DNA of 63,060 nucleotides, filler included, from Sphacelaria rigidula (taxonomy: Eukaryota): NCBI GenBank assembly GCA_964200075.2. It is 7 parts of 7 records of this genome, joined end to end, with 100 filler letters (N's around TTAATTAATTAA, not from the genome) between each part and the next. Parts side by side here need not be neighbours in the genome. Positions count along the whole stretch, not along the records: positions 9,024 to 17,946 come from CAXNAA020009742.1; positions 18,047 to 26,969 come from CAXNAA020009743.1; 5 more parts are not named here. One strand, given 5' to 3'. Of the stretch, positions 12,395-25,332 are shown one piece after another (position 1 is the first letter of the stretch; every line of letters begins with the position of its first letter). Below the pieces are notes generated by a model that worked only from the letters and a program-made list of their open reading frames with translations, had not been told where the DNA came from and made no database searches. The position numbers were made by a program, and so were the translations under genes.

Positions 12395-14363
12395 CTGAGA
12401 CACGACAGAAAAGGCGAAAAAACAAATGCCCCCGAGTAATGAATGTACTTCCAGCAAGGGATCTTATCAGCGGGTCGATTTTTTCAGATTTCCGGGAAAA
12501 TGTTTTATTTTCTCGTTTCTGACTTGTTCTCCCTAGAACGAATTGCTGGAAAGAAAAAAAAACTCTCGACGATAGATTTTCGAAGAAATCTGTAGTCAGT
12601 CTTGGAATGATCTGTGGCCTGACCTGATTGCGAAACTGCTCTCATATTTTTTGAGAAAAAAAAACGTCCAGAACAATTCGGAGATTTCGGGGGAGGGGGG
12701 GAACAGACCCCTTATTGGGACCCCTGGAATACTAAATCTGCGCGATCCATCATTGAACGTGTCTGATTTTTTTTTAAGGTGTGCTGCCAAGGCTTAGTAG
12801 ACAAGACAATATCTATACACCGTAACCCGAAGCCATGCGGTGCTGGCGGAGGTTATCATCCACAGTCGCCGCTTTTCCCCATCATTATTTTCCGACAGCC
12901 GCTCCAACCACCGTTACTAGTCAGCGTTTGATAGTGAAGTAGGTTGGTGTGGAGGGGGAGGCATCATGCTCCAAAACTTCAGCGCTCACACGAAGTATCT
13001 AGCTAGTGATTTTTCCTCGGATAACGGTTAGGATGCTGACTTTTACTCATTGGGAAGCTTCGTACCCCTCGCTTATTCTATCCCATGGATATCACAAGCC
13101 AAAACGACGGTAAAAGCTATCCAAAATCCATTCCGATACCGCATCCAAACTGCCTGACATTCCAATTTAGTCGGACGAGTCGTCGCTGGTTCGAACCACC
13201 AAATCTACGATTTCTGGGGCCTGATTGCTCGAAAGCGAGGAAAACGATGACCGTGGGTCGAAAAGTCTCCACGAAAAAAAAAATCATCCCGCCTACCGGG
13301 GGTGCAACGCTGTAAAGAAAGTCCAAGGATTACGTCGTACGATACGAATCAATTACACTACAAGCAAGTAAATTCGAGACGAACCGTCATCCGTCCGACC
13401 CTTGCAATGTTTACACCGCCACTTTGGCCGTGCAGTAGCAGTGTTGGGTCCATCCGTGTGACAACGCAAACATTTTTTGTTGTTACTTGATATTCACAAA
13501 TGCACAAGTGTACTTACTTGCTGCGAAAAAAATTAGACATCCCACTATTTACAACTGCTACCTATTTGTGTCAAGACTACTGCTGTAATACAATCTCAAA
13601 CGATCCATCTTATTCGGCGCTGGATATCGTCATCACCGTGCACTCGTTTGAATAAAAACCATATCCTGGATGTCATCGTGTGCATGCATGATGAGTCATG
13701 CTACTGTAGGAGTGGCACATTTTGGGCCGAGATCTTTCGCATTCTGGGGCTCTTCAAGTTCAGAGCCGCACAAGAATACGGGCCAGGGCATTCCCGGGTC
13801 TCAAAGTAAGTCGGGATGTCCCAAGCCTATGGCAATGCTAATTGTGACCTCCTCTCACATATTTCGTACTTATTCGGCTTTTATAAGAGATAGAGGTTTC
13901 CCAACAATTCGAGCCTCAGAAAATATGTCTGCACCCCTACCGTAGAAATACTCGCACCCCGACAAACTTTGGCCCGGGAAAAGTAAACTTTGAACGGCAC
14001 CAACGGCGTTCATATTCGGCGAGCCAGACAGACTCTTGGAAAAAGCGAATAGATAGTAATGACAGTGCTTTCTGGTTACATGTATTTATTTTCTTCTTTC
14101 TCTCTTAGTCTACTCTGTTATTACTGTTCCGCTCTGCCTTCTTCTCTGTTGCTTCATTCACTTTTGTTTTGTCTCGGGTGCGTCTATCATGTGGAAAATG
14201 ACCACGGCTGGATCCTTGGGGGATCAGTTAAAGTGCGACAATCAAATCATACTGTTGCCGCAGCGCCCCTGGTGGTGGTATAAATCAAAACGATACACCT
14301 AAATGCCATTAGGTCGGAAATTCTAGGGCCGAAAACACGAGATCTTACAAATTGGGGATGGAT

Positions 14364-14730
14364 TTTTTATTGGGGATGAGAAACCCGGAGAAATAAAATC
14401 TTCGTATCCACACCAAATCTTCGAAACATGTTTTCATTTTTTCACCTACTGATAGCTATTGATAACTGCTACACGCCATAGAAATTTGGATTTCGATCCT
14501 ACGTGAAAAAGTGATTTCGGTAACATTTTGGCGTCCGTTCGGACGCCCAAAAATCCCCAAAATTGGTTTTTCACCTAGGACCCCAACATTTCGGTTATCG
14601 AGGTCCAAATTTGTATGACGTGCAATACTTGTCAAAAGCTATCAGTAGGTGAAGAAATGGAACCATATTCCGAAGATTTGGTGTGGAGACGAAGATGTTA
14701 ATTCTCCGGGTTTCTCATCCCCAATAAAAA
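14364..14730. mobile_element. Almost fully palindromic fold-back MITE
   Basis: TTTTTATTGGGGATGAGAAACCCGGAG...CTTCGTATCCACACCAAATCTTCG is mirrored at 14670-14730. Symmetry continues to the centre TTTTGGCGTCCG-TT-CGGACGCCCAAAA (about 14539). Terminal copies at about 5245-5292 and 26933-26969. Confidence 0.85.
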
Positions 14731-15826
14731 CCGGGCTTTTTGCGGGTTCAACTCTCTCACTGCCTTGAGCAAAGCTTTCCGAACGCTCGAGGCGACTTCC
14801 CCACATGAATGCCGTGAGGCAGTCTACCCGAGCCTGCAGGTATTCGGCACACGAACCCCTTCGCGGGGTAAGTGTTGGGTCAGGTTTCCGCCTTGCTCCG
14901 GGGAAGAAGAAAAAGAAACAGAAAAAACAAAAACGGACGTACGCGGGTTCGATTAATTCCCAGCAGATACTTCCTCTGTCCCATAAGTAAAGTCCGTTAT
15001 GATCACACGGGCCCTTAACCGTGACCAATGCCGTCGGTGATATTTTTTCTGGAATCTTCAGAGTTTTTTAGTTGAATCACGTCTTCTTTTTTTTCTGTTT
15101 GCGCAGCAGCCAGCGTGCGCGAACGGCCGATGAACGATCAGTCGTCCCAGAAATGGCTATTTTTCGCCCCTTTTCCACAACGCAGAGAAGAACCCTGGCA
15201 GCCCGAAAAACGGCAAAAATCGCGGGGAAAAAAGCATAGCTGGCTATTTTTCTCCATTCCATCGCTGGCATACGATAGCTACGCCTAGTCCGAAACCAAT
15301 CGTTTACATTGCAGCCTTCAATCACTTCAAAAAAGCCAAATTCATCGGAATTCGGCCGAAAATATACAGACTGGACGAAAATTGGTCGAAATTTGGCCAT
15401 GTTTGACTCAACGATACTGAAGTTAGAGGTTGTTTTTTTTTGTTTTGTTTTTTCCAGTGGCCATCTCCACAACTATATACTTTCAACGAACCTAACCATA
15501 ACGTCGTGGGCACCTCCGTTGGCGAGGTACGGCCTATTCTCCATAACGGACTTTACTTATGGGACAGAGGAAGTAGATGCGTTCGGATTTTTCTCAGCGA
15601 GTGATCTGCTTTCCGTCATTGAAAACCCAACGATGTGAGTAGCAAAAAAGAGTTTCGTTTGACGAGAGTCTACGTGATGCCGAAGTGCTGATAGTCATAT
15701 TCAAATTCGCGATACCAACTTGCGAGGCGTGCTTCCGGGGGAGAGACGGGTTGATCTCTTGAGATGGTGGACTCATCCCGAGGAAGCGGAGGAGTTGAGA
15801 GTGAGAAAAGATTACACTTTCTACGG

Positions 15827-15880
<54 letters not shown>

Positions 15881-15979
15881 ACCCCAACCACAACCCCCAA
15901 CACGCCACGCCCACNNNNNNNNNNGAGGAAGTGGGGGGGAAAAAAAAATACTCCTTCTCGCGCCCCCCCCCCCCCCCCC

Positions 15980-16196
15980 CCCGAACACCAGCCCGAAACT
16001 GTCCCGAAGTAAATGGTCATACAGCCCCTGATGTGTAGGTTCATGTTGCATGAAGCGCCTCATATGGGCGACATCGGCGAAAACGAACCGAAGCGTGGGA
16101 ATTGCCAGCTGCTCGTTGTGCTCGTTTTTTTCTATTTCGATGTACGTGTAGATTTTGCCTCCCCGAACCAGCCCCTCTTTTTTTTTTTGGGGGGGG
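15980..16196. repeat. Dispersed repeat of about 210 bp, shared with about 62085-62289
   Basis: Colinear GGTCATACAGC.CCTGATG...GTTGCATGAAGCGCCTCATATGGGCGACA...GTAGATTTTGCCTC, ending in TTTTT-G8 in both copies. Confidence 0.75.
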
Positions 16197-17946
16197 CGTA
16201 TTTATGTGTTGCTTGCCTTAGTCGTTTGACCATTGACCACGCGTCCCTTTCGAGACGGAGCACCGTTTCTACTCTTATTGGAGACACCTCAAGCATTCCG
16301 GCGCTCGTTACGTTTCTTCCATACATTGCACAAAAAACTTTTACATATCTTATCCCCGTCCTGTTTCGCCGTCTCTGGCCCCTATCTATCTCCTAGTGTA
16401 GTCATCGTTTTCTCCCTACTGTTTAATGCATCAAACGAGTTCATGCCACCTTCGTTCACGTCCCGCATCTCCCCCTCTAGCACGTCCCTCTCCTCCTTGT
16501 ATAGTTCATATTTTGCCAATATATGACTTCTGTTCTCTATTGCTTTGCCTCAGAGGCAATTCTGTGCATCTACTTGCTCCTCCCTTCGATCACTGGTATA
16601 TCTCTTTCTTGTTTCTGGCAGGTCCAGGCCCCCCACCCGAAATCGCAGTTCCAGATTTTTCGCCGGATCCATTGGGCCATGCAAAGATATTTTCATCCTT
16701 ATCCCCTCTTTCAACCACTCGTATATCTCCAGGTGTTCTTCCTCGTCTACTTTGCGTGTGAGCGCTCTTTCTCCCTTTATTTCGATAATGTATCTTACTT
16801 TTGTCTTGTACCCCGCGTCTCCACCGATGGACAGTATTTCGTCTTGGTTTCCTCCTATCTCCTTCCACACTTTCTCGACTTCTCTGTCCCGCCTTATAGC
16901 ATGCCCTTTCGTACTTTACTTCCACACAACTCTATCAACTATAGCTGGCAATCTCTTTCTCTGCATGTTCTTTACGCTATATTGCCATCTCAATGTCCTC
17001 ATGCCTCTGTTTGTTTCAAGTGAGTAAATTCCCAACTCTGCTCTCGGTGCTGTAATACTCGTCGTTTTCGAGCATCCAAGTATCTTCGTAGCTACTGCCA
17101 TCTGTCATGCTTCTAATTTCTTCACCAACTTCACGTTTCCCTCCCGTACTTTTCCCGCATATCCCAGCTTTGGTACGATCATATTCATCGGGATATATCT
17201 CTGAATCCTAGTGTCTACGTGCAAATCTGAGGACCACGTCCATCCTATCTGTGCCTTACCCTTTTCTAGTGCTTTGTTTATATGTGCGTACCAAGAACAG
17301 TCTCTTGAGATCTCTACGCCAAGGTATGCATACTGGTCTACGATCGGCAGTTCCTCTTCTCCCCACTTTCGCTTGAACTCTACCGGATTTTTTCTTATCT
17401 TCGTTACAGGCCAGTACCGCGCATTTGTGAATATTCGCTGTCACTCTCCATTTCCTAGCGTATCATAGCACACTTTCTTTTATTTTTTGCAATCCTTCTG
17501 CTGTTTCTGAAATCCCCACAAAATCATCTGCGAAGATCAATCCTGATTTGATTGATATTTCGATTGATTGTCACACTTTAATTGATCCCCCAGGGGTCCA
17601 GCCGTGGTCTCATGGTAGACGTACCCGGGAAAAACGAAATTGAAACACGCTCTGGGAAAAAAGAAGGAACACTGATATCGCATCTTTACCCACCTTGACC
17701 CCTTGCTCTGCTGCTTCTATTGCTGTTATCAAGTCATTGATAATTACCTTAAACCAAGTGGGTGATAACGTACATCCTTGTGCAACCCCTTGTAAGATAT
17801 CGAAATATTGCGATATTTCCCCGTCTAGCATCATGGCACTTTTGGCACATTCTGTCACCTTCACCGTTCTCCACATATTTCCTCTTATTCCAGCTTCCCA
17901 CAACTTCTTCCACAGCCCATTTCTCCATACTGTGTCATAAGCATTT
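16189..17946 (-). mobile_element. Degenerate non-LTR retrotransposon (LINE-A): reverse transcriptase, C-terminus and 3' end; 5' part cut by the contig end
   Basis: Minus-strand motifs AYDTVWRNGLWKKL, LQGVAQGCTLSPT, GLIFADDFVG, YLGVEI, RAELG, and a C-terminal Cys/His remnant. Contains stops and frameshifts. The 3' end runs into C8. Confidence 0.88.
17548..17671 (-). mobile_element. Family C retroposon fragment inserted into the LINE-A RT
   Basis: Flanked by CTGAT direct repeats (17543-17547, 17672-17676). Removing it restores DAISGLIFADD. It carries ACCACGGCTGGA and a TCAATC-type tail. Confidence 0.75.
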
Positions 17947-18734
17947 NNNNNNNNNNNNNNNNNNNNNNNNNNNNNNNNNNNNNNNNNNNNTTAATTAATT
18001 AANNNNNNNNNNNNNNNNNNNNNNNNNNNNNNNNNNNNNNNNNNNNGAGTTAACCCTTACCGGGTGTTCAACCGGTGCCCCTCCCGTCTAGCAAAAAATG
18101 AATCCCCCCCCCCCCCCCCCCTCAAGACTTGTCTCACGACCGATGCATCACGGTAGCACAATATATATCGACCATACTATCGTGTCATATATTGATTGGT
18201 CAACATATATATATATATATATATATTTATATTTACATATATTGCACAGCCGACTCGTTAACACCTTGTGTAGGCCATACATATGTTTCTCCGTACTGTA
18301 CCGTTTAGGTTGTGTTTGAATTGAGCTCGCGCTGCCAGAAAAAAACGAGCCTGGTGGAACACCCGTTGGCACGTTATGGACTCATAAGACTTGGCCAAAT
18401 ATTGCACACGAGGCTTTCCTTTTGAAGGCGTTGGGATTACCGTCAAACCTGACCTTGTGTGAGGCAGTCCTTATCCGCGTCCACGCCTGTCTTTTTGCAT
18501 CATTACTACTCTCTGTTCATATGCAGGGATGAACCCGACTGTGTCATTCCTATACCTTGCTCGAAGTCACAGAACAGGCGACGAAAACACACGAAAAAAA
18601 CGTGTGATGTGCGGTATTTCCTGATGACATGATATTCTACTACTCGTAGCGACGCCAAGTTGATTGCTGTCATAAAATGGAATGTTCTGATACACTTCGT
18701 TCTGTCGCCATGTTGGCTTACACGCAGGGCGCAC

Positions 18735-21700
18735 CTCTGCATCGACACCGGGCCCGAAGAAGTTGACGTATTTGTCGATACGCTCCGGTTCCACCCACCG
18801 CTTGAACGGCGTCATCTTAGACTGCCACACCATGGTAAATCCCAGCTCTCCGTTTGGCTCCACACTCTGCCGCAGTGCCAAGAGAAGGAAAACGAGAGGA
18901 AACAGAAAACAAATACACAGTCAGCAAGTCGGCAGGGAAGGGGAGGCAGAGACAGGATCACGAAGGGGAAAAGGCAGAGGACAAGGACAAGTGACAAAAG
19001 CTTCTATAGCGACAGACAGAAAATAAAAAGGGAAATGGGAGCAACAAGATCACCGAGCGGAGTTCCATCACCAACGCGGTACTGACGGGAGCTTTCATAC
19101 ATGAACGACCCGAAATCGTTTCGCGATGCGAAAAAATGTTATCCCGGCATCGACGGAGACGGCCCCGAAAAAAACGAGTCAAATCCAGCTACTTTCCAGA
19201 AAACAGGAAGCGCCGATCGATGTAAAGCGTTCGTGCAAATCAATCTCAAAAAGTAAGAGTGATCAGCCTACAGACAGTAGCGGGTATACCAGCTCCTTCC
19301 CCCACCCCCCCACACCTGTGAAAGGTACTGTAGCTGCGGGTAGTCCGACTGCGGCATGACCAAGCCAAGGGTCTTCACCGTCGTGTCCAAGTGTGCCTCA
19401 TCACCATACCGGTGTCGTGTTACATCGTTCTTGATGGCGCGTATCGTCTGCAAAAAAAAAGGCGCGGAACGCACCCAGGATAACCCCGCGTGCGAAGGTG
19501 ACGAGCGGTGGCGGGAGGTCGCGACAGCATGTGTAAGTGTGCATTGCTGGGGATACGGAAAAATAGCACACGCGCGCAGCGAGGGTGCACGGCACGGATG
19601 CGGCAGAAGAAACGTCCGCGTCTTGCCGCGCGGAAGGGTCGGCCGATAAACGAAAAATGCCAGTAAAATGCCACAAAACGTTCCAACATCAACCTACCTA
19701 CGGTTACATACATGTAAACCTTACACGACCTGCAAAAACTGCTAGGGATTCTCCTCGGTAGAAATGTCAAGTGAGCGAGCGTCATCATCGTGGCTTCTTC
19801 TCTCTGGGACTCTTGGTGGCAACTCCTAACCCGACATGACTTACAAGGCACGAAGAATAGGTCACGCGGAATCGGCCATTTTACGACACAAGAGCGCACA
19901 CACACACACGCATACAACTACCGTGTTCTTCTAGAACAAATTGGTGGACCTGCACTTTTATTGGTGTATCCGTCATCGGCAACGTAACTCAACATACCCA
20001 CATCATCTCACCGCGGGTGTGACAAGAACCAGCCTAGACAACGAGTCTACTCGAAAAACGCACATGAACCGTGAACGCCCACGACTCAACACCCACACAC
20101 ATACACACCGCAGTCGCCTTCTCCTCAAACAAGGCTTCCGCCTCCGGACTGGTCTGCAGAGGCGCCGGTGGTAGCTCGGCGTATTTAAGCGCGAGCCCCA
20201 CAAGCATGATGGGGATACCGTATACGAAACCGATGCCCGACAGCCCCCCGGAGCCGCCGGTGGAGAAGTACTCGAAGAACGACGCTGCCGTGACGCCAAT
20301 GCCAGCGATCGCCGCGGCGTTTGCAAGCGAGAAGCCCCGGATCTCGAACGGTGCTTCGCCAGAGACGTTGATGCCGCCCGAGGCCCACTGGCTGGGCCCC
20401 TGTTGTTCTTGCTCCATCTGAATTTCATGTGAAGAACAGTGGGGCGCGCGGGGTGTAGGAGTGCGTTCGTGTGTTGGTGTGTGTGGGGGATTGTACTCAT
20501 GATCTTGCACGCCGTACGAGCTTGACAGGGCTTCCAGAATGTTTTCGCGTCCGGCGGTGCTGAACTTGAGGAGTTTTAGGCGCTGAAATTTTGACACTGA
20601 CATTTGTTTTCATCACCAACATGCGCAACATTTCTCGGGATGCTAAGAAAGAAAAAAACAGAAAGTTGGAGCGATTTAAATTTCAGCCAAAACTGGGAGA
20701 CAGTCACAATTCTGTAAAGAAAACCAAAAACGGCGGCATTCCCAGAAATGTTGTAGGTACTTGTGTGCAGGAGATCCTGGTGAATATTTGGCCGAAAACT
20801 CCTAAAATTGGGCCCAAGCCTGTCACTTTTTGTGTGTCATCACTGCGCTTGCGCTTGCGCGCGCGCGTGTGTGTGTTTCCTCTGCATCCTCCATGGGGTT
20901 GCGCGGGTTGATGATGAAGATGTGTCAAAGCTTCAGTGTCCAACTCTTTGAAATACCAACGGCATCTCCCCTCTTCGTTCAAAACTCACTGTCAGCTGGC
21001 CCAGCTCGTACTCAATTACAATGTTTCCGTTACACAACGATAGGTGGATCCAACGCTTGGGGAAGGATGTGGACCCAAGTTCCATACTCGTCATACTTTC
21101 GACCTCTTTCCATGGGAAAGTGTCTGTAGTGTTACAGGGTCAATTCGTCTCTCCACTATAATAGTACCCTACCTGCCATTTTGGTAACGCGGATTGGATC
21201 AGCCCTCTCGCATCGCGATAAATATATTCAATTTTTCGTCGTTACGTCCTCACGTCTTTCACGATGGAGACCACATGTCGAAAAGAAAAACACACGTCAT
21301 GTTTCGAACCGGCAACCTTCCTTTTGGCGGCAGTTTCATGGGTACGGGTCAAATTATATCACGTACACACTGATTTCAAGGAATTTAATAAAAAAAAATT
21401 GACTAGTGGCTCGACATTATTCAACGCATTACATAACGCAAACTTGGTTTTGGTATGGACTTCCGTCACGCTTGTGTTCGCGGGCCTACTGCAACCCGCA
21501 GCCGCACTACAGTACCGTGCTGCGGAGAGATGGTATCCAGGACAACAACGGCCTCACAAGGAGTGCTTCGTCTTTCTGTTCAAGGATTGGTGTACCCAAC
21601 GTTCGCTATGGGCGTCGTCGTGTCTGCGGTGTGGTTGCGGTGGCCGAGGTTGGCGTTGCAGTTTCCATTTGCGCCTGGCTTCCTCCTGTATCCTGCACGG

Positions 21701-24700
21701 CTTTGGATATGGGGCATGAGATGAGATGATGCTATCATTGTCGATGTACGTCGTTTCATGCTGCCCGGGCGGTACAACCCCGAGAGAAGGACTATATCGG
21801 CATCAATGCGGCTGGCTCTCTATTGTTGGCCGTCGTGCTTTTGTGCTGGATGGGGTCGTGTTGATCGGTGTCGTATAGACACCGCCTGGCCAGGGTTGGT
21901 GCATCTTGCGGTAAATATACAGTCTGTGCCGCGGCAGAGAGTTGCTGTTGGGAGATGCAATGGCGAACACGACAAACCACCCTACATACGGGACATCAGA
22001 CAGCTACGGTTAACATGTCTCTCTTGCGTGTGCGATCCCGTGTGCTAGAGCACCGCCCCATTTCGGAGGTGTACCGTAAGCTTGCTTCATGATGACTCGG
22101 TGCTTGTAAAAATATGATCAATGTACTGTCCTGGGCTGTAGCCACCTAACCAGACCAGGCCAAGACGAAAACAAACAAACAAACAACTCAATCTTGTTGA
22201 TCTCTCTGCTGCACATGGAGCTTGAGTAACGCACGTGTGTCCACCAACACAAAAAAATCCCGAATCAAATCCATTCAAGAATCATGGACAACACGAAAAA
22301 ATAGAGCTGATTTCAGTTCAATCATTATAAAAGGTCGCTTCATATAAGATGAAAAAAGTCACTGAAAGCGGTCGTTGTTGTCAGTTTCCAGATATTTTTT
22401 CAGAGCGCAACCTTAGGAGCCTTTATTCATGAAAAAAGTCTCTGAAAACTGCGAGCCGTTTCCCGACAGCGAGATTTTTCCGAATCTCGGTGAGAAAAGC
22501 CGTCAGTTTTCATTATTTCAATTTGTCTGGAAAGTGACGTCCCATCACACACTCTTCGCATACCTCGCCCGCTATGGAAGGCCGTCAGTTAAACTGACTT
22601 TTCTGGAAAAAAAGTCACTCGGAAAAGTTGTCCGCCCGGACTTCCTTCAGTCTTTGAGAAGCGGCCTAACGACGCGTACCCATGAACTCGGTGCCAATCT
22701 TCCGATCTTACGTGCTGCTGGTGTGTCAGATAGACGATCAGAGCGCGTTAGGTGTTTGCCCTGGTGCTGTGAACGGGTAGGTGCTGATTGTTCATAATGT
22801 TCATAATCGACTCTCAAGATTTGCTATTGAAAACAACGTGAAACTGACTGTACTAAACTTTCTCCACTGACGAATATGTTGCTTCCGTTAGTTCGCTGTC
22901 GCCATACCAGGAGTCGTTCGGTGTGGATGTATCACCCAGCGCGAAGTGATGTGAAAACAGCCAGACGTTCCGACTAAGGGGGGTGGTGGGGGTGATAGGG
23001 GCGACTCGCAACCCTCGTTGAACTATTGACCTGTTCACAACAACGACTGGTCATTTCAACAATACAGTACACCTGTACTATGTGGTCTGTGTTGCCTTCC
23101 ATCTTTCCTGAGACCGATAGAATAACCGGCAGAGTGCATTTGGAGCGGGACAGATTTGTTTGGTAACCACCAATCAAATCGCTCCATTTTCCCTGAGAAT
23201 GGTCAGGACAGTCGTCTGAAACCTAGTGTTCGAGCGGTCGAATCTCACAGCCAATGACGCCCGTACCCGCGCAGTATTAACATTAATAGTACATGTTACA
23301 GTGCAGTACACTGAACACAACAGAGCAGTACAGTACACGGCTCCGACGCATAGCACCGGCAGGGGTGTCGCAGCAGCGGGCAGCGCCTTGTTCGTTCTAC
23401 GAAGACGAGGCAGCCGAAACACCATGAAGTTTTTTAACAGTGTACAGCTAGCACTGCGTGCCGACCAACATTGTTTTCTGGGGAGACGACACGACGACAA
23501 CCGCAGCTCAAAAAATCCAAACCGTCTTCGCAATGCATCAACACACCAGAGTACAGACAGTAAAAGCTCCAACACATGAGGGAGGGCGTGATTGTGTTCA
23601 CTGCGGTACAGTGAAACAGGACATTCCCATGTTCGAACCCTCCGCCTGATTTTCGACAGGTCCTCAATTTTGGGCGAGTGCCGAGGTTGAGCGTTCGGCC
23701 GTGGTCGCGCTTTTTTCAACTCATATCGATTTACCGTGTTTTTGTGTGGGAAGCCTGACTTGTGATGCGAGCTTCGCCCACTATTGATCAAGAAAACTCT
23801 GTCCCGGTACATCTCCAGTTTGCCGAGTAACTCACGTGTAAGATGTACTCCGGTACAGTCGGTGGCGTGACCAATAGAGCCAGTCAGTCTAGGGTAAAAC
23901 TAGCACTCGCCGTCTCGTGCAAGAGGGTGCCACGCTCAAGAAAGGGATGCGCATGTTTTTCTGTCAGGTACGTTCTCAACGATATCTCAATCACTTGGTT
24001 GTCTCGACAGATGTAGTAGCACTGCTCTTGTCTTCATTCTATCTTGAGCGCCGATGCCATATCTCGCATGTTACATGTACTTGCGCTTCAGTACACCCTG
24101 TACGACAGCTGTTGTGCAGTAGTGTGCATGACCTACAGGCCCAACGCGGTAAGGTATAGTAGAGTCAGCACCACAAAAGTCAACTATTATATGTCAACTA
24201 GGTCACACTTCGAAGAGCTCATGAACTACCTGGATTTTACTCCTTACCTGTCAGAGTACTGATCCGGATCATCAGCTAGCTCATTTCGGCACTATTTCCA
24301 TATTAGGTCCAGACAGCGATGGACGCTGAGCACGCCGTGTAGCGGGAAGGTAACGCTTCGGCTTCTCGGATACTGCTGTCACGTGTTTTTGTGTTTTTGT
24401 ACAGGGATCTGAGGGTTCTCTTCGAATTAGACATTTCAGGTACCTCATGAGTTGTCCGACGTGTGAAAAGTTGTCTCGAAAAGCGGGGTGCTGATGCTGC
24501 GCCAAAGAAAGGTACCAATGGGTGTACCACAACTATTTCGTGTTCTCCACCTAATATACGAACGCAACGTAAAGTTGATCAATGGGGCTGCCACGGCACT
24601 TATCATCTGGGGGATTCAGGTCATGAATGTAGACCAGGTGATTATTCCGTCAACCTCTACACCGCCAGGATGCTTGTTGACAAGTTGTTGACGTGGATTC

Positions 24701-25332
24701 ATGAACGACCCCTGAACTCGACAAGACAGACTGGTTGGGGACAGCTATGCAGATATGAATCCAAGCATGGAAAAAGAAAGACCGACTGTAGGAGTCCACA
24801 AATGCCTGATAAGCGAGATACATGTACACAATCAAGGGGCTCACGACTAGATTTTGGGCTTAGTTTTTGCGGCACTGCATGCTGCGACGATTCGGACGGC
24901 AACAAAGGAGGGATCATATGGCAGAGTCTCGCCGCATAGAAGCGGCTGAAGTGTCATGTCACATACGTGGTTAAATCCAAAACATGTTCTTTTCAGGTCG
25001 TGAAACAGATGCAGCAGCAATGCATGCTCTCCTCACGTGCACACGCGCGCATCCTTCCGTTCGCTAAAGGCCTTAGGAACACCACAACATCTCACCGACA
25101 TGCTGCTGCGTCGCCGAGGGCGGGTTCCTGCCGCACCTCCCCAGATCGCTCTGCCTACAGCACGAGGGAGCTGGTCATTCCGCGCTGACGCGGATAGGCG
25201 TGCGTTGATACCGCTGCTGGTTGTGATTATTGTCCCCGTACGGCTACCACCGGGCGCAACAAACCCGGCGCTTTGTTCGAACGAATTGGCGAACGCAGCC
25301 GCCGCGCAAAAGCACCCTGCCACTCGCACCAT
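18735..25332 (-). CDS. APE1: Plastid-targeted thylakoid membrane protein APE1 (acclimation of photosynthesis to environment 1; DUF2854/Slr0575 family), 3' end missing
   Basis: Exons 25332-25096, 20417-20109, 19447-19316 and 18866-18735, all GT-AG and phase 0. Exon 1 is a signal peptide + SAGFVAP transit motif. Family motifs: GFVYGIPIMLVGLALKYAELPP, KATA, IKNDVTRHRYGDEAHLD, KYVNFFGPGVDAE. Confidence 0.88.

Noticed and set aside
14760-14894. Candidate minus-strand exon of the coiled-coil gene (also candidates near 10822-10897 and 11850-11971)
   Set aside because: Acceptor-like tracts exist, but the phases and peptides do not join convincingly to exon 12209-12394.
15594-16063. Poly-Pro and poly-Gly ORFs (also 27022-27775)
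   Set aside because: They are translations of C/G homopolymers next to gaps, whose lengths may be sequencing or assembly artefacts.
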